DNA of 32,000 nucleotides from Okeania sp. (GTDB lineage Bacteria; Cyanobacteriota; Cyanobacteriia; Cyanobacteriales; Microcoleaceae): NCBI RefSeq assembly GCF_035285525.1, contig NZ_JAYKGW010000092.1, positions 1 to 32,000 of the forward strand, read 5' to 3'. Shown piece by piece: positions 31,181 to 32,000 of this stretch (position 1 is its first letter; each line of letters starts with the position of its first letter). The notes under the pieces were generated by a model. It saw only the letters and a program-made list of their open reading frames with translations, ran no database searches and was not told where the DNA came from. The position numbers and the translations under genes were made by a program.

Positions 31181-32000
31181 CTAATTATCTTCTGGCGATC
31201 GCACCTTTGACAACAACTGATATAATTCTTCTCCTTCGATTACTTCTTGTGCTAAAATCTGTAGAGAAATACTTTCCAATAAATCTCGATTATAGTTCAA
31301 AATTTCTAAAGCTTTTTGATGAGCTTTTTCTACAATTTCTTTCACTTCATTATCAATTGCTTCGGCAGTTTTTTCACTAACTAAACGACGGGGGCTAACT
31401 CCTTCATTACTTAAAAACCCACCTTGACTACGGCGTTCATAAGCTAAAGGTCCTAACACTTTACTCATACCATAAGTTGTCACCATTTGTTCAGCAAAAT
31501 CAGTAGCTTTTTGTAAATCTCCTGACGCTCCAGTGGTAATATTTCCAAATACAATTTCTTCCGCAGCACGACCTCCTAATAAAGTAGCAATTTGCCCCTT
31601 AATTTCTGCTTCATCTCTTAAAAATCTATCCTCAGTTGGTAACTGTAAAGTGTAACCTAAAGCAGCCATTCCTCTTGGTACAATAGAAATTTTTTCCACC
31701 TTATTACTACCAGGCATTAATGCACCAACCAAAGCATGACCAACCTCGTGATAAGCGACTATTTTCTTTTCGCGATCGCTCAAAACTCGGCTTCTTTTTT
31801 CTAAACCAGCAACTACTCTTTCAATAGCTTCAGAAAAGTCTATTTGAGCTACAGTTTCTCGATTATTTCTAGCAGCTAATAAGGCAGCTTCATTAACAAG
31901 ATTAGCTAAATCTGCTCCCCCAAAACCAGGAGTTCTCACAGCTATTTTATGTAAATCAACATCTTCTCCTAACTTAACTTTTTTGGCATAAATATTTAAA
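31181..32000 (-). CDS. ftsH: ATP-dependent zinc metalloprotease FtsH, C-terminal protease domain; the gene continues beyond the window end
   Basis: It has the HEVGHALVG zinc-binding HEXXH motif, RTPGFGGADLANLVNEAALLAAR from the end of the AAA+ module, and TTGASGDLQKAT. My translation shows the frame stays open upstream of the track's GTG start through to position 32000 (...NIYAKKVKLGEDVDLHKIAVRTPGF). Confidence 0.95.
   Translation of the reverse strand, partial: LNIYAKKVKLGEDVDLHKIAVRTPGFGGADLANLVNEAALLAARNNRETVAQIDFSEAIERVVAGLEKRSRVLSDREKKIVAYHEVGHALVGALMPGSNKVEKISIVPRGMAALGYTLQLPTEDRFLRDEAEIKGQIATLLGGRAAEEIVFGNITTGASGDLQKATDFAEQMVTTYGMSKVLGPLAYERRSQGGFLSNEGVSPRRLVSEKTAEAIDNEVKEIVEKAHQKALEILNYNRDLLESISLQILAQEVIEGEELYQLLSKVRSPEDN

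Noticed and set aside
31129-31380. 83-aa plus-strand ORF opposite the ftsH 3' end
   Set aside because: It begins inside the tandem GTTGGGTTTCG palindromic repeats (the MLGFVPLPNL translation is a known-looking artefact of that repeat) and is antisense to ftsH.
1-32000. Type I secretion genes (ABC, MFP, TolC) or hetF adjacent to the RTX gene or sRNA array; tRNA or rRNA genes
   Set aside because: None of the ORFs in the window has Walker-A ABC, HlyD-like coiled-coil or caspase-like HetF features. I saw no tRNA-like T-arm (GGTTCGAATCC-type) or rRNA sequence on either strand. This is absence in the window only and says nothing about the rest of the genome.

Overview
AT-rich, repeat-laden chromosomal window that looks like a heterocyst-forming (Nostocales-type) cyanobacterium. 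The taxon is inferred from ndhD, a DUF2808-like protein, heptamer and octamer tandem repeats, dense small palindromic/MITE-like repeats and an NsiR1-like sRNA array.

Recognisable genes:
- CDF metal transporter, partial (1-323, -)
- AraC regulator (877-1881, +)
- SDR oxidoreductase (3113-3889, -)
- Secreted hypothetical protein (20175-21026, -)
- murG (21793-22857, +)
- MscS-family channel with a C-terminal DEP domain (23786-25864, +)
- ndhD (26394-28076, +)
- 104-aa hypothetical protein (28633-28947, +)
- RelE/ParE-type toxin-antitoxin pair (29480-30080, +)
- DUF2808-like secreted protein (30394-30933, +)
- ftsH, 3' part (31181-32000, -)

Three things stand out:
1. 1960-3026 is a tandem array of six ~123-bp units. 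On the minus strand each unit reads TCCGGA promoter element, then a conserved ~50-nt transcript, then a strong intrinsic terminator. This is a multi-copy NsiR1-like sRNA locus, and two MITEs have inserted into it with visible target-site duplications.
2. 5184-19963 is one giant (~4.9k codon) RTX/T1SS-type exoprotein gene. It carries LamG x4, Calx-beta, an FG-GAP/VCBS propeller, 11 copies of a ~70-aa repeat I cannot name, a ~780-aa region I cannot assign, a duplicated ~300-aa C-terminal module and RTX nonapeptides. A 1-nt frame change in a G-run at ~5978-5981, inside a Calx-beta domain, splits it into two ORFs.
3. The MscS-DEP fusion.

I saw no rRNA, tRNA or CRISPR. All family names come from motif recognition by eye; no searches were run.
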